DNA of 64,000 nt, from contig MFTV01000016.1 of the NCBI GenBank assembly GCA_001785445.1, positions 6,259-70,258 on the forward strand, read 5' to 3'. The notes under the pieces are model-generated. The model was not told the DNA's origin, did not search any database, and worked only from the letters and a program-made list of their open reading frames with translations. The number at the start of each line of letters is the position of its first letter. Within the stretch, counting starts at the first letter, position 1. This DNA is from Candidatus Nomurabacteria bacterium RIFCSPHIGHO2_02_40_30. GTDB lineage: Bacteria; Patescibacteriota; Minisyncoccia; Phycocordibacterales; UBA9973. The translations under genes and the position numbers were made by a program. Below, piece after piece: positions 47,642 to 57,513 of this stretch.

Positions 47642-47992
47642 TTATTCTGTGACAACTCTTTTAACGCCCAGACTATTGGCCATTTTAGCGCAGGCAACGC
47701 ACGGCTTCACCTTACAGTACATCGTAGCCCCATTTAGTGAAATTCCGAACTTCAGAGCTTGAGTAATAGCATTGTGTTCAGCATGGACTGTCCTTTGACA
47801 CTGCCCCAACTTTATATCATGCCCAACTTCATCACAATGCGGCAGTCCCGAAAGCGAGCCGGTATACCCAGTGGCAATCACTCTATTGTCGGAAACAATC
47901 ACGCACCCGCTTCCATTTTTATCACAGGTAGCTCGGGAGCCCACACAGTCGGTCATCGTCATAAAATATTCATCCCAAGAAGGTCGTTTCAT
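47642..47992 (-). CDS. dCMP deaminase (ComEB type)
   Basis: HAEHNAI and PCVACAKM zinc motifs. Confidence 0.8.
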   Translation of the reverse strand: MKRPSWDEYFMTMTDCVGSRATCDKNGSGCVIVSDNRVIATGYTGSLSGLPHCDEVGHDIKLGQCQRTVHAEHNAITQALKFGISLNGATMYCKVKPCVACAKMANSLGVKRVVTE

Positions 47993-48034
47993 TTCTTTAA
48001 TATACTCCGAGTGCAAGAAAAAGGAAAGCAAAAC

Positions 48035-49045
48035 TCAATTAGCATCTTTCTTTCCAAGTGCCTTTAGAACCTTTAGATACATAGCTTCAACAATTTTTCT
48101 CTGGGTCTTGCCAGTGGTAACATAGTGGTCGAGTCCCGGAGCCGCATTTATTTCAATAATATAATAAGAACAATTTTTTGGATTCTTGGTAATATCTCCT
48201 CTTCTGACCATAACGTCCACTCCGGCAATACGAAGCCCCATATTTCTGGTAAGCTTTGTGGCAATTTTACGGAAACCTTTATGAATAGTATTAGTTACAT
48301 CTAGGGAATCCCCGCCAGTAGAAAGATTGGCATTATCAAGCAAATATATTTTTTTATTTTTTGGAAGAACAGTCTTAAATGAATAGCTTTGTTGTTGCAG
48401 TTTTATTTTTATTCTTTTATCTTCGAAATTTATTCTGGTATCTCGTTCCTGCAAAACAAAAGATTTTTGTTTTCGTTTCAAAAGTGCAAGTATAGAACTT
48501 TTACCATCTCCGACGACAGAAAGCGCCATCCGCTCATAAGCAGAAATTATTTCTCCATCCAAAACGACAATACGGTAGTCTCTCCCAGGCAAATATCGCT
48601 CAATGATAGCTATTTTATCCACCTTGAAAACTTCTTGTAAAGCATTTTTTAATTCTTTCTCACTACCAACAAGGCATACTCCATTGCCCTGACTTTTGCT
48701 ATTAGGTTTTACAATGACCGGATAGCCAAGACTTTTAGCATATTTTATTCCATAAGAGATAGTGCGGTTGCTTTTCACTGTTTTCGCCCAGTTGTCTTCA
48801 AACACAGTTTGCCCTTCCGCTACGGGAAAGCCTCTTTTGGCCATAAAAAATTTTGCATAATCTTTATCTCGAGCAATATCACTTGAAGCTATATGATTTA
48901 AGTCCAGCGAATACATACGAAGTGAACGAACTACGCCATTGGAGTAAATTATTTGTGCTGCAATACCCCATTCGGGTTCTACCACAACTTTTGCACCGAC
49001 TTTTGGGGCAAGTTTTTTAATTAATTTTGTTAAATAAGGGAGCAT
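48035..49045 (-). CDS. ATP-grasp ligase, cyanophycin-synthetase-N-domain/RimK-like
   Basis: LGYPVIVKPNSKSQGNGV, RDYRIVVLDGEIISAYER and NLSTGGDSLDVTNTIH closely resemble the CphA ATP-grasp module. No MurE-like domain. Confidence 0.6.
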   Translation of the reverse strand: MLPYLTKLIKKLAPKVGAKVVVEPEWGIAAQIIYSNGVVRSLRMYSLDLNHIASSDIARDKDYAKFFMAKRGFPVAEGQTVFEDNWAKTVKSNRTISYGIKYAKSLGYPVIVKPNSKSQGNGVCLVGSEKELKNALQEVFKVDKIAIIERYLPGRDYRIVVLDGEIISAYERMALSVVGDGKSSILALLKRKQKSFVLQERDTRINFEDKRIKIKLQQQSYSFKTVLPKNKKIYLLDNANLSTGGDSLDVTNTIHKGFRKIATKLTRNMGLRIAGVDVMVRRGDITKNPKNCSYYIIEINAAPGLDHYVTTGKTQRKIVEAMYLKVLKALGKKDAN

Positions 49046-49715
49046 AAATATCTTCTTTTTTCTTAAAATTTATTTCTTTTTTATTTGTTTTGGCAGTAAA
49101 TATAACAGGCGCATTCTTTACTAAGACCAAAGGCTGACGTTCGTTGCCTTCACCCATACAAAGAGTTGCGGCAGTAGCTAGGCTGTCAGCTACATTTACT
49201 TTTTGATATATAAATTTTCTACCGAAAATATCTTTTTTACCTTTATAGCTTTTTACCCCTTTGAAACCAGCATATCCAAGCGCCAGACCAATGACTCCAC
49301 TACGAAAAGGTACTAAGCCACTATCTGAAATAATGACACCTAGATTTTTTACTTTATACTTAGCGCAAAGAAGAGCTCTTATTTTCTTCGCAGAGAAAAA
49401 GCTCTTTTTTGGTAAAAAAATAAGCTGGCCGTCTCCATTTGATTCGTCAATACCGGCATCCGCCATAACAATACCATCTTTAATGGTAAGCCAGACAAGC
49501 TTAGTATTGATTGCCAAGCTACTCTCCTTTTTTATGAGCTCAACTTTTTGTTTTTTATTTTTATACTCTATAGTTCTGCCTTCCGCAAGAGAGACTACCT
49601 TGGAAGTTACAACTAAGACAGACTTTTCAGGAATTTTTTTAACGTACTTAAAAATAAAAGAAAATAAATCTTCGTTCTCGTGAAATATTCTGGTTTTAAT
49701 TGCTTTGATTTGCAT
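49017..49715 (-). CDS. CofE-like (F420-0:gamma-glutamyl ligase family) protein
   Basis: VVTSKVVSLAEGR...DESN pattern of the CofE/FbiB N-domain. Confidence 0.55.
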   Translation of the reverse strand: MQIKAIKTRIFHENEDLFSFIFKYVKKIPEKSVLVVTSKVVSLAEGRTIEYKNKKQKVELIKKESSLAINTKLVWLTIKDGIVMADAGIDESNGDGQLIFLPKKSFFSAKKIRALLCAKYKVKNLGVIISDSGLVPFRSGVIGLALGYAGFKGVKSYKGKKDIFGRKFIYQKVNVADSLATAATLCMGEGNERQPLVLVKNAPVIFTAKTNKKEINFKKKEDIYAPLFNKIN

Positions 49716-50349
49716 TTTTACCTTTCAGTAAATAAATACCGAGGTATGAGAGAGGTGTATATAAGAACCCCATCAAAACTTTGTAAAGCCACCATGGAAT
49801 TATGATGGCAATAATCGTGGCAAAAGGATAGATTCCAAGGAAAGCAACAAACATAAAAATTACAGTATCTAAAAACTGAGACCAGATGTTTGAAAGATTG
49901 GAACGAAGCCAAAATTTCTTTTCTCCGATTTTCTTTCGAAAAAAGAAAAAAGCTATGACGTCTTGATATTCAGCAATAAAGAAAGCCGTAAGCGAAGCAA
50001 TGGATATACGTGCTGATAGACCAAAAACTTGGTTGTAGCTATCTTTAACCCAAAGACCTTTCTCCGCCCAAGGCATGGAAGTTGAAATAAGAGAATAAAA
50101 TAAAAATAAAACAATACTGATAACGCCGGCAAGGACAAAATTCTTCGCCATTTTCTTGCCGTAAATTTCCCCTATCATATCTGTCATGATAAACACGATA
50201 GGAAAACAAAAAACACCCACCGAGAGGTTTGTGCCGAAAATAAAAGGCATGAGCTTCATCCCCAAGGTGTTGGCGGCAAAAAGCGAAGTAAGATATAGTG
50301 TTAAGCAAATAAGAATCTTCTTATAATCTCTTTCAGTAAGAGTTTGCAT
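49696..50349 (-). CDS. Queuosine-precursor transporter, YhhQ/DUF165 (VUT family)
   Basis: FCFPIVFIMTDMIGEIYG matches the YhhQ signature. 6 TM. Confidence 0.7.
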   Translation of the reverse strand: MQTLTERDYKKILICLTLYLTSLFAANTLGMKLMPFIFGTNLSVGVFCFPIVFIMTDMIGEIYGKKMAKNFVLAGVISIVLFLFYSLISTSMPWAEKGLWVKDSYNQVFGLSARISIASLTAFFIAEYQDVIAFFFFRKKIGEKKFWLRSNLSNIWSQFLDTVIFMFVAFLGIYPFATIIAIIIPWWLYKVLMGFLYTPLSYLGIYLLKGKNANQSN

Positions 50350-50352
50350 ATA

Positions 50353-50775
50353 TTATTTCACTTCAATACCCATTGAGCGAGCAGAGCCGGCAATTATGTT
50401 GATGGCCCCTTCATCATCTTTCGCGTTTAAATCTACTCTTTTTTTGTTGGCTACTTCCAGTGCTTGAGCTCGAGTTATTTTGCCAGCTTTAATGGCAACA
50501 TTTTTGCCCGAGCCCTTTTCTACTCCGGCAGCTTTTAAAATAAGCCCTGTAACAGGAGGGGTTTTTATAACAAAGTCGTAGCTTCTATCTTCATATACAG
50601 TAATGGAAACCCCAACTTTGTCCCCTGCCATCTTGGCAGTAGCAGCGTTAAACTTAGTAACAAAGTCTCCTATATTTATGCCAGCTTGTCCGAGCGCAGG
50701 ACCAAGTGGCGGCGCTGGTGTAGCCTTAGCAGCAGCAATTTGTAACTTTATTTTTTTAGTAATTTTCTTTGCCAT
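50353..50775 (-). CDS. rplK: 50S ribosomal protein L11
   Basis: [14 protein letters not shown]. Confidence 0.95.
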   Translation of the reverse strand: MAKKITKKIKLQIAAAKATPAPPLGPALGQAGINIGDFVTKFNAATAKMAGDKVGVSITVYEDRSYDFVIKTPPVTGLILKAAGVEKGSGKNVAIKAGKITRAQALEVANKKRVDLNAKDDEGAINIIAGSARSMGIEVK

Positions 50776-50789
50776 ACAGTGAGATTAGC

Positions 50790-51335
50790 TTAAATTTTCT
50801 TAACTTGCAAGAAATCGAGCTCTACCGGGGTTTCACGGCCAAACATTGAAACCAGTACCTTTATTTTCCCGCGTTCTTCGTCAACTGAATTTATTTTGCC
50901 TTCTAAGTCTTTAAACGGTCCGTCGGTTATTAAAACACTTTCACCGACAGCCATATCAATTTTGTGTTTGGCCATGCCGGCATCCATCTTTTTAAAGAGG
51001 TAGTCCACTTCTTCATTTTTAAGTGGAACGGGATTCACTCCGGCGCCCACGAAGCCGGTAACTCGCGGAGTGTTCCTGACCACATACCAAGAATCATCAG
51101 TTACAATCATGTCCACTAACACATAACCGGGATAAATTTTTTCCTCAACCTCTACTCTTTTGCCTCCTTTAATTTTTATTTTCTTATCAACCGGAACAAT
51201 GACATTGAAAATTTTATCATGCATGCCCAGTGAGTCAATTCTCTGTTTCAAATTGCGAAGAACAACGTTTTCATATCCGGCATAAGTATGGATGGCATAC
51301 CAATTGCGAGCTCCTTGTGTTTCTTGTTTTGACAT
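50790..51335 (-). CDS. nusG: Transcription antiterminator NusG
   Basis: NGN and KOW domains (WYVV...; [15 protein letters not shown]). Confidence 0.9.
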   Translation of the reverse strand: MSKQETQGARNWYAIHTYAGYENVVLRNLKQRIDSLGMHDKIFNVIVPVDKKIKIKGGKRVEVEEKIYPGYVLVDMIVTDDSWYVVRNTPRVTGFVGAGVNPVPLKNEEVDYLFKKMDAGMAKHKIDMAVGESVLITDGPFKDLEGKINSVDEERGKIKVLVSMFGRETPVELDFLQVKKI

Positions 51336-51419
51336 CCCAGTACTAAAATTTTAATTAATAATCTGTATCTTTATGTCCCGTAATCAAAAATTTAGTACGG
51401 GACAAGTATAATTGAAAAA

Positions 51420-51605
51420 CTAAAAGGAAATTATTTTCTCCAAACCTTTTGAAAAAATAAAGTCAAAAATACCTAAGTAATATGCCACTAATACAGACAA
51501 TACAATAACTATTAAAGTATAGTAAATGGTCTGGCTCCTAGAAGGCCAGACAACGTGCTTTAGTTCTGTTCTGGTCTCTTTAAAGTAATCAGTAATTTTA
51601 GACAT
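51420..51605 (-). CDS. secE: Preprotein translocase SecE
   Basis: 61 aa, single TM. Position upstream of nusG. Confidence 0.75.
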   Translation of the reverse strand: MSKITDYFKETRTELKHVVWPSRSQTIYYTLIVIVLSVLVAYYLGIFDFIFSKGLEKIISF

Positions 51606-51629
51606 AAAAAAATTTACCCTCTTAAAAAA

Positions 51630-51655
51630 GCCCCTTGCAGGGCTCTTTAAGACTA
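51630..51655 (-). terminator. Rho-independent terminator after the surface-protein gene
   Basis: AGCCCTGCAAGGGGCT followed by TTTTTT on the minus strand. Confidence 0.6.
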
Positions 51656-51744
51656 CTCCTCTAGAACGAAAAAGTCAAACAAAAATCAGTACATAAAACT
51701 TGTCAACCTGCCACATCGACAAGTCATTATATGATCTACGTCGA

Positions 51745-53448
51745 CTAATTAACCGTAAAAAAGTTATCAGAACCTTCAGTAACACTACCAACCCCCGTTT
51801 CGTAGCCAATAATTTCTATTTTGAACTGGGTATTGGTGGTATTCCATTTACTGACATTCCAACTATAACTGCCGGTGTTGGGAATATTATAAGCGATCCA
51901 ATCTCCGGTGCCGTTACTGTCCTTGAGCATAATTGATATTTGATTGATGTTGGAACTATTCGTCCAGGTAATGGACTTGGCGGAGCCTTTAGTCAAACAC
52001 TCTCCGCCATTTGGCGAAGTAATGGTGATGGAACCAACGGAATTTATGGACGCTGTTGGCGCCACGGAATTTTGAGACGGCGTACAACCTGTCGGTGCAG
52101 GTGTTATGACAACATCCGCTGGATCCACCGTCGAAGTAAATTGCTTGGCGACGGCTTGAGAACCAGAAGTGGCAGTAATAGTAAAAGTATAAGTACCAGC
52201 GATTGTAGGAGTGCCTGTAATTACACTAGAGGAACTGCCCGCTGTGAAAGATAATCCATTAGGTAATGAACTATCAGCACCTAAAGCCCAAATATATGAA
52301 CCAACCCCGCCAGTGGCTTCTATATTAACTGAATACGACTGCCCCACTTTTGCATTGGGAAGTGGAGAAGGGGTGGTAATGGTAAGATTGGAAGGTTGAG
52401 CAGATGTTGAAGAAATAGTAAAAGAGGAGTTACTTTCGTCTAGAAGAGTACCGTCACTTTTTTCTATACGAAGAAAATAACTACCGGTAGCATAAGAGGA
52501 AGGCAGAGTGAATGTAACTGACCCTGTGTTCGACGCCAAAAGATAAAGGTCGTTCGTTGCACCTGTGTACCCTACCCTGCGCAATGTAAGGTTAACTTGG
52601 CTAATACTAGAGTCGCCCACATTCCAGCGTACAGTTTGAGTAGAACCAGCTTGCCACACTTCGCCGCCATTAGGCGAAAGAACAGTGGTAGCTGTTGATC
52701 CACAAAAGTAGACATTTTCATTTTTTCCGTCTATCGTAGTATTCAACTTTCCCTCACAAGAACTAAGCCAAGTAAGCGATGTATTTATTGGTCCATTAAC
52801 CTTTGTTGTACACGAACCAATGCCACTACAGGAAAAGGAAAAACGTGTTTCGGTAGTAGAACTTGTGGTTGTAGGCGTTAGATACCCATAACATTGCACC
52901 TCTGTTGTAATCGGATTAGTAGAACTTGAAAAGACACAAGTTACGAGCTCTGACGCTGATACATAAGGAGGCTGTGGTGAAACCGGTTTAGATATCACTG
53001 TTAGGTTATTATCATCCTGAAAATCTTTTACCGCTCTAGCTGATATTTTCCCATATTTCCCGTCAATTTTTCCAAAATAATAACCCTCGTCTTTTAAGAA
53101 TTGCTGAAGTATTTTAACGTCATTACCTTTTGAACCAACCCTAAAGCTACTTTTGAATACAGAATTAAACTGGGAGATAGTTGAAGAATTGTCTTGAGAA
53201 TCATTATTACTGCCACTGTTACTACCACCGCAAGCCTGACCGGTAACAGGACTAAACAAATAACCAGTCTGACACCCGGCAACTGCTGTAGTATCACGAC
53301 AGGATTGACCACTTGTAGTGCTATAGTTTGAAGTTTCAGTGCACCCAGGAATATCTCTGTACGTGCCAACAAGAGCGCTGGCAAAATTAAGATTAAAATT
53401 AAACAAAGCAAAGGCCAAAACAAACAAAAATAAAGTATATTTTTTCAT
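51745..53448 (-). CDS. Secreted Ser/Thr-rich protein with peptidoglycan-binding domain
   Basis: Signal peptide MKKYTLFLFVLAFAL. PG_binding_1-like DVKILQQFLKDEGYYFGKIDGKYGKISARAVKDFQ. Long S/T-rich repeats. Confidence 0.6.
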   Translation of the reverse strand: MKKYTLFLFVLAFALFNFNLNFASALVGTYRDIPGCTETSNYSTTSGQSCRDTTAVAGCQTGYLFSPVTGQACGGSNSGSNNDSQDNSSTISQFNSVFKSSFRVGSKGNDVKILQQFLKDEGYYFGKIDGKYGKISARAVKDFQDDNNLTVISKPVSPQPPYVSASELVTCVFSSSTNPITTEVQCYGYLTPTTTSSTTETRFSFSCSGIGSCTTKVNGPINTSLTWLSSCEGKLNTTIDGKNENVYFCGSTATTVLSPNGGEVWQAGSTQTVRWNVGDSSISQVNLTLRRVGYTGATNDLYLLASNTGSVTFTLPSSYATGSYFLRIEKSDGTLLDESNSSFTISSTSAQPSNLTITTPSPLPNAKVGQSYSVNIEATGGVGSYIWALGADSSLPNGLSFTAGSSSSVITGTPTIAGTYTFTITATSGSQAVAKQFTSTVDPADVVITPAPTGCTPSQNSVAPTASINSVGSITITSPNGGECLTKGSAKSITWTNSSNINQISIMLKDSNGTGDWIAYNIPNTGSYSWNVSKWNTTNTQFKIEIIGYETGVGSVTEGSDNFFTVN

Positions 53449-53516
53449 ATACCTAAAGTGTACCCCCCCCCACGTTTTTAGCAAGTAAAGTTACCCACAC
53501 TGCAAGTTCAGAATGA

Positions 53517-53792
53517 TTATACTCTTCCGCCAATAATTTCATAGACTACCCTGCGGTGAGCAATTGCAAAAATTTTAACTTTATTATTTTCTATGCGAAA
53601 AATTATTCTATAATCACCAACTCTTAATTTGAAATAACCCTTAAGCGATTTTCGTAATGGTTTTCCGTATAAGTCTGGTTCGGTTACTAACTTTGTTTCA
53701 ATAGCCTGTTTGATGCGACTTTTATACGAACCTGATATTTTAGGAATATCATTTTTTACAACTTTTCCCACATATAATATTTCATAGCCCAT
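53517..53792 (-). CDS. relE: RelE/ParE-family toxin
   Basis: YRIIFRIENNKVKIFAIAHRR. Confidence 0.75.
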   Translation of the reverse strand: MGYEILYVGKVVKNDIPKISGSYKSRIKQAIETKLVTEPDLYGKPLRKSLKGYFKLRVGDYRIIFRIENNKVKIFAIAHRRVVYEIIGGRV

Positions 53793-53798
53793 AGGAGT

Positions 53799-54020
53799 TT
53801 ATGCCCATGCCTGTTTGTGATTTAAAAAACGAGCATTTTTTGTATCACGCTCCCGCGCGATTTTATCAAGAACAATATCTTCCTCTAGCTCAAGAGCTAT
53901 GCCCAAAAGATACAGCGCTTTTGTGGCCTGTGGAATATTATCGCGTTTTGCTATGCGAGATAACATTATATCCAAATCCGGCGGCAAAGAAATGTTTATC
54001 CTCTTTTTTATTGTTGGCAT
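53799..54020 (-). CDS. RHH/RelB-type antitoxin
   Basis: 73 aa, RINISLPPDLDIMLSRIAKRDNI ribbon-helix-helix. 6-bp gap to relE. Confidence 0.6.
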   Translation of the reverse strand: MPTIKKRINISLPPDLDIMLSRIAKRDNIPQATKALYLLGIALELEEDIVLDKIARERDTKNARFLNHKQAWA

Positions 54021-54064
54021 ATTAATCAGTGTACCAAAAGTGTATCACTTGTGTCAAGTGAAAT

Positions 54065-54871
54065 CTATCGTATCTCGTAAGTTATCGTCACATCCGAGCT
54101 GATGGTATTCTCCCCTTTAGGGATTACAGCAGGAGTAGATGCCCCGTATGCTCCGTCTTCCATCATATTAGCCTTGCCATACATAATAGGATAGTTCTCA
54201 GACTCATTGAAATCTATAATTTTCACCAAACTAACACCTAAATCTTTGGCTAAAATTTTTGCTTTGCTTTTAGCTTCATCAATTGCCAGTTTTCTAGCTT
54301 CTATTTTTAATGCGTCTTCGTCGTCAATAGAAAAATTCGGACCACTTAAATTTGAAACACCGACAGTGCCTAAGCCTTGCATAATGGCTCCAACATCATC
54401 TGTATTCCTTACCTTTACAGTAATGCTTTCAGAAGAAATGTAGCCAGTTAGTATTTGTTTGCCATTCCCACAATCATACATCCCTCCCTCTATCCCAATT
54501 TGTGGACACATCTTACGCACATAATCATATTTTGGATAAAAAGAGCTATCAGTAGTTTTAATATCTTTCTCATTTACATTTCTTGTTTTCAAAAAATCCA
54601 ACGCTTTCTTCTCAACAACAGCCACTCCTTCCTGCGCTTCCTTTACCGTTTTACTTTCTTTGGATATTGTAAAATAAACACTGGCAATATCCGGTACGGC
54701 CTGCACTTCTCCGTGACCTGATATGACAATAGTGCTTACATTTACATTCCCCAAGATGCTGTAAGATTTAACTTCAGACAAAAATTTTGCTGCAAAATAA
54801 AGAGACAATATTATCAAGAGACCGAGTAAAGCCCTGTAGAGATTTGTTTTATTTTGTTCTGGTATTTCCAT
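54065..54871 (-). CDS. SIMPL-domain (DUF541) protein
   Basis: Signal anchor plus SIMPL-like repeats. Confidence 0.65.
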   Translation of the reverse strand: MEIPEQNKTNLYRALLGLLIILSLYFAAKFLSEVKSYSILGNVNVSTIVISGHGEVQAVPDIASVYFTISKESKTVKEAQEGVAVVEKKALDFLKTRNVNEKDIKTTDSSFYPKYDYVRKMCPQIGIEGGMYDCGNGKQILTGYISSESITVKVRNTDDVGAIMQGLGTVGVSNLSGPNFSIDDEDALKIEARKLAIDEAKSKAKILAKDLGVSLVKIIDFNESENYPIMYGKANMMEDGAYGASTPAVIPKGENTISSDVTITYEIR

Positions 54872-54966
54872 CCCGTTAGAAGTTATTAAAAATAATTTTC
54901 ATACCACAATTCCCGCTAGTGAACTTCTAACGGGATCCATATTTATAATTGTACACTAAGATTTTT

Positions 54967-55980
54967 TTAAATCAAATTAACTTCCGCAATAAGCTTCAAG
55001 CCAAATTTTGCAAAAACTGAAGCAATTATTTGTTCGGCTAAATTTTTTATTTCTGCCCCACTGGCGGCGCCATAATTGACTAAAACCAACGCCTGCTTTT
55101 CGTGCACGCCTGCATTGCCTACTCTTTTTCCTTTCCAGCCGGCCTGTTCAATTAGCCATGCTGCGGGGATTTTGGTCATTTCATCTTCTTCGAAGTGCGG
55201 CGCATTCGGGTACTGCTTAAAAAATTTAGCCGCTTTATTTTTCTGTAAAAATACATTCTTGAAAAAACTTCCTGCGTTCGGGATGAAAGCTGGGTCAGGC
55301 AATTTACTACGACGTATGGCCGAGACAGCATCACTGATGTCTCTTGAGCTCTTTACTTGTATTTTATTTTTTTCTAAATATTCTTGCAGAACTTTATAGC
55401 TGATATTTTTCTTTTCTTTCTTAGAGAGTTTAACAGTGATAGCTGAAATAAAATACTTTCCTTTTAACTTATTTTTAAAAACGCTGTCTCTGTAACCCAA
55501 TTCACATTCTTCTTTGGTAAAAATTATTTTCGCAGTACTTTGTATGTCATATACTTCGATATTTTCCAAAACATCTTTAAGTTCCGCGCCATAAGCTCCG
55601 ACATTCTGCATGGGCGCAGCCCCGACAGTGCCGGGAATCAGTGATAAGTTTTCTATCCCCCAATACCCCCGCTTTGTGGCAAAGTTTACAAGGTCGTGCC
55701 AAATTTCTCCTCCCAAAGAACGGACCCAAACATTTTCAGGGTTTTCCCTTAGAATCTCTATTCCTTTTAGTTTATTTAAAATAACAATACCGTTAAAATC
55801 ACGAGTAAATAAAACATTGCTTCCCCCTCCTAAAAAAAATTTTGGGTTATCTTTAAAACAACCAGACAAAAAAAGATCTTTCAAGTCAGATTCTTTTTCA
55901 AGTATGAAGAAAAACTTGGCGTGAGCAGATATACCTAAAGTGTTCAATGTGGTCAAGTCATAATTCTCTAAAATTCTCAT
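54967..55980 (-). CDS. murB: UDP-N-acetylenolpyruvoylglucosamine reductase
   Basis: FAD-binding FLGGGSNVLF and MurB C-terminus. Confidence 0.9.
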   Translation of the reverse strand: MRILENYDLTTLNTLGISAHAKFFFILEKESDLKDLFLSGCFKDNPKFFLGGGSNVLFTRDFNGIVILNKLKGIEILRENPENVWVRSLGGEIWHDLVNFATKRGYWGIENLSLIPGTVGAAPMQNVGAYGAELKDVLENIEVYDIQSTAKIIFTKEECELGYRDSVFKNKLKGKYFISAITVKLSKKEKKNISYKVLQEYLEKNKIQVKSSRDISDAVSAIRRSKLPDPAFIPNAGSFFKNVFLQKNKAAKFFKQYPNAPHFEEDEMTKIPAAWLIEQAGWKGKRVGNAGVHEKQALVLVNYGAASGAEIKNLAEQIIASVFAKFGLKLIAEVNLI

Positions 55981-55984
55981 TTTG

Positions 55985-56599
55985 TTATTGCAAAATCTCT
56001 TTCTCTAGTCTTTTTTCTATTTCTTCTTCACTGATTGGCTTGAGCATTTTTTGCAACTCTGGATCTTGAGACAAGTCAAGTCCTTGTTTTTCGAGTAGAA
56101 TAGCCATCATTTTCATAAGTTTAGTGAGCTCCCTTTCAGTAATAAGGTTAATTTGTAAGTGAGTTTCTTCACGCAAATCATCTACTTTGGCTGTGCGGTT
56201 TTGAGATATAAGCACAAAAATTGCAAGGATGATCGCTTCTAATGAAACTATATTTGTTAAGAGATTGAAGGGAAAAGGATCAAAGGTTGGAATTATTTTT
56301 ATTTGGTTGGTATTAATAAGTATCCAACCAATAAACAAAAATACATTGAGCAATAAGAATGTGTTGCTACCAAAGTTAGAAGTCATGGAGTCTGCCATTT
56401 TTTCCATGATTGTCCGCTTGGCGTCAGCTTTTGCTTTTATACTGCGAAAGATTCTTCTTTTAGTCTCTTCACTTTCACCGAATAAAGACTTTAAAAATGA
56501 AATGTGGTTTTGTAACATATTATTCTCTAATTGTACTAAATCTTCCATCGCTCTGCAATTTAATAATTCTAGATGCTTTACCCGAGAGGGTTCCACCAT
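55985..56599 (-). CDS. DUF1003 membrane protein
   Basis: FDPFPFNLLTNIVSLEAIILAIFVLISQNR matches the DUF1003 core. N-terminus may start at a later Met to avoid overlap with tsaC. Confidence 0.55.
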   Translation of the reverse strand: MVEPSRVKHLELLNCRAMEDLVQLENNMLQNHISFLKSLFGESEETKRRIFRSIKAKADAKRTIMEKMADSMTSNFGSNTFLLLNVFLFIGWILINTNQIKIIPTFDPFPFNLLTNIVSLEAIILAIFVLISQNRTAKVDDLREETHLQINLITERELTKLMKMMAILLEKQGLDLSQDPELQKMLKPISEEEIEKRLEKEILQ

Positions 56600-57098
56600 C
56601 TACGTACAAATCAACTAAATTGTCGAAATATTTTTTAGCTTCCGAAATTGTTTGAGCCGGAGGAAAGTCCTCTATATTGGCCGAAGGCGCAATGAGTGGT
56701 CCGGTTTTCGTAATCAAGTCTCGGAGAGCTTGCTCTCTAGGCACACGAAAAGCAAGCGAGTTTGTGCCTCTATGTAAATATGTAAGAGATTCATCAGGGC
56801 AATCTAAAATAAAACTTGTAGGTTCGTTATTTTTTTCAATCACACTTTTCTGGTTTTCTGTAAGAAATATGCCGAGCCTTTCGAGATTGCCAATATCCTC
56901 AATCAATATTATGCAGGGCTTGTTTACATCTCGCTTTCTTATGGCATAAATCTTATTAACCACAGACTCATTATTAGCTTGTCCCACAATACCATACAAG
57001 GTGTCAGTGGGCATGACGACTACCCCTCCCCCTTTAATAATTTTTATTAAATTTTCATCATTCCAGACCATAGAAATTATTCTACTCTTAGTGTACAA
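56520..57098 (-). CDS. tsaC: L-threonylcarbamoyladenylate synthase (YrdC/Sua5 family)
   Basis: VVVMPTDTLYGIVGQA. Confidence 0.85.
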   Translation of the reverse strand: MYTKSRIISMVWNDENLIKIIKGGGVVVMPTDTLYGIVGQANNESVVNKIYAIRKRDVNKPCIILIEDIGNLERLGIFLTENQKSVIEKNNEPTSFILDCPDESLTYLHRGTNSLAFRVPREQALRDLITKTGPLIAPSANIEDFPPAQTISEAKKYFDNLVDLYVDGGTLSGKASRIIKLQSDGRFSTIRE

Positions 57099-57107
57099 TT
57101 ACGCAAT

Positions 57108-57503
57108 ATGGTGCTGATAAAAAAAATTGTAAAATTTTTCGATAGACTAGAAGACAAAATACGCGGAAAATTGAGTCATTACCCTATTCTTTATGGATTT
57201 ATAGGGGGCATAGGGATAGTGCTATTTTGGCGTGGAGTCTGGCATACTGCGGATGATCTGAACATTGGCAGTGTTACTTCATTAGTTATCGCAGTAACAA
57301 TTCTGCTGGTAACAGGGGTATTCGTCTCCGCTTTTATCGGGAATCGGCTCATTATATCGGGCCTTATTGGAGAAAAAAAATTGGAAGAAAAAGAAATGAA
57401 GGATATTGAGACAGAAGAAACCCAGCTTAAAAATCTGCAGAGTACTCTAAGTAGACTAGAAAAAAAACTGGAGCATCTTGATACTGATGTACACAAAAAA
57501 TAA
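57108..57503 (+). CDS. Hypothetical membrane protein with C-terminal coiled coil
   Basis: 131 aa, 2 TM. Confidence 0.4.
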   Translation: MVLIKKIVKFFDRLEDKIRGKLSHYPILYGFIGGIGIVLFWRGVWHTADDLNIGSVTSLVIAVTILLVTGVFVSAFIGNRLIISGLIGEKKLEEKEMKDIETEETQLKNLQSTLSRLEKKLEHLDTDVHKK

Positions 57504-57513
57504 TTAGGTTTTT

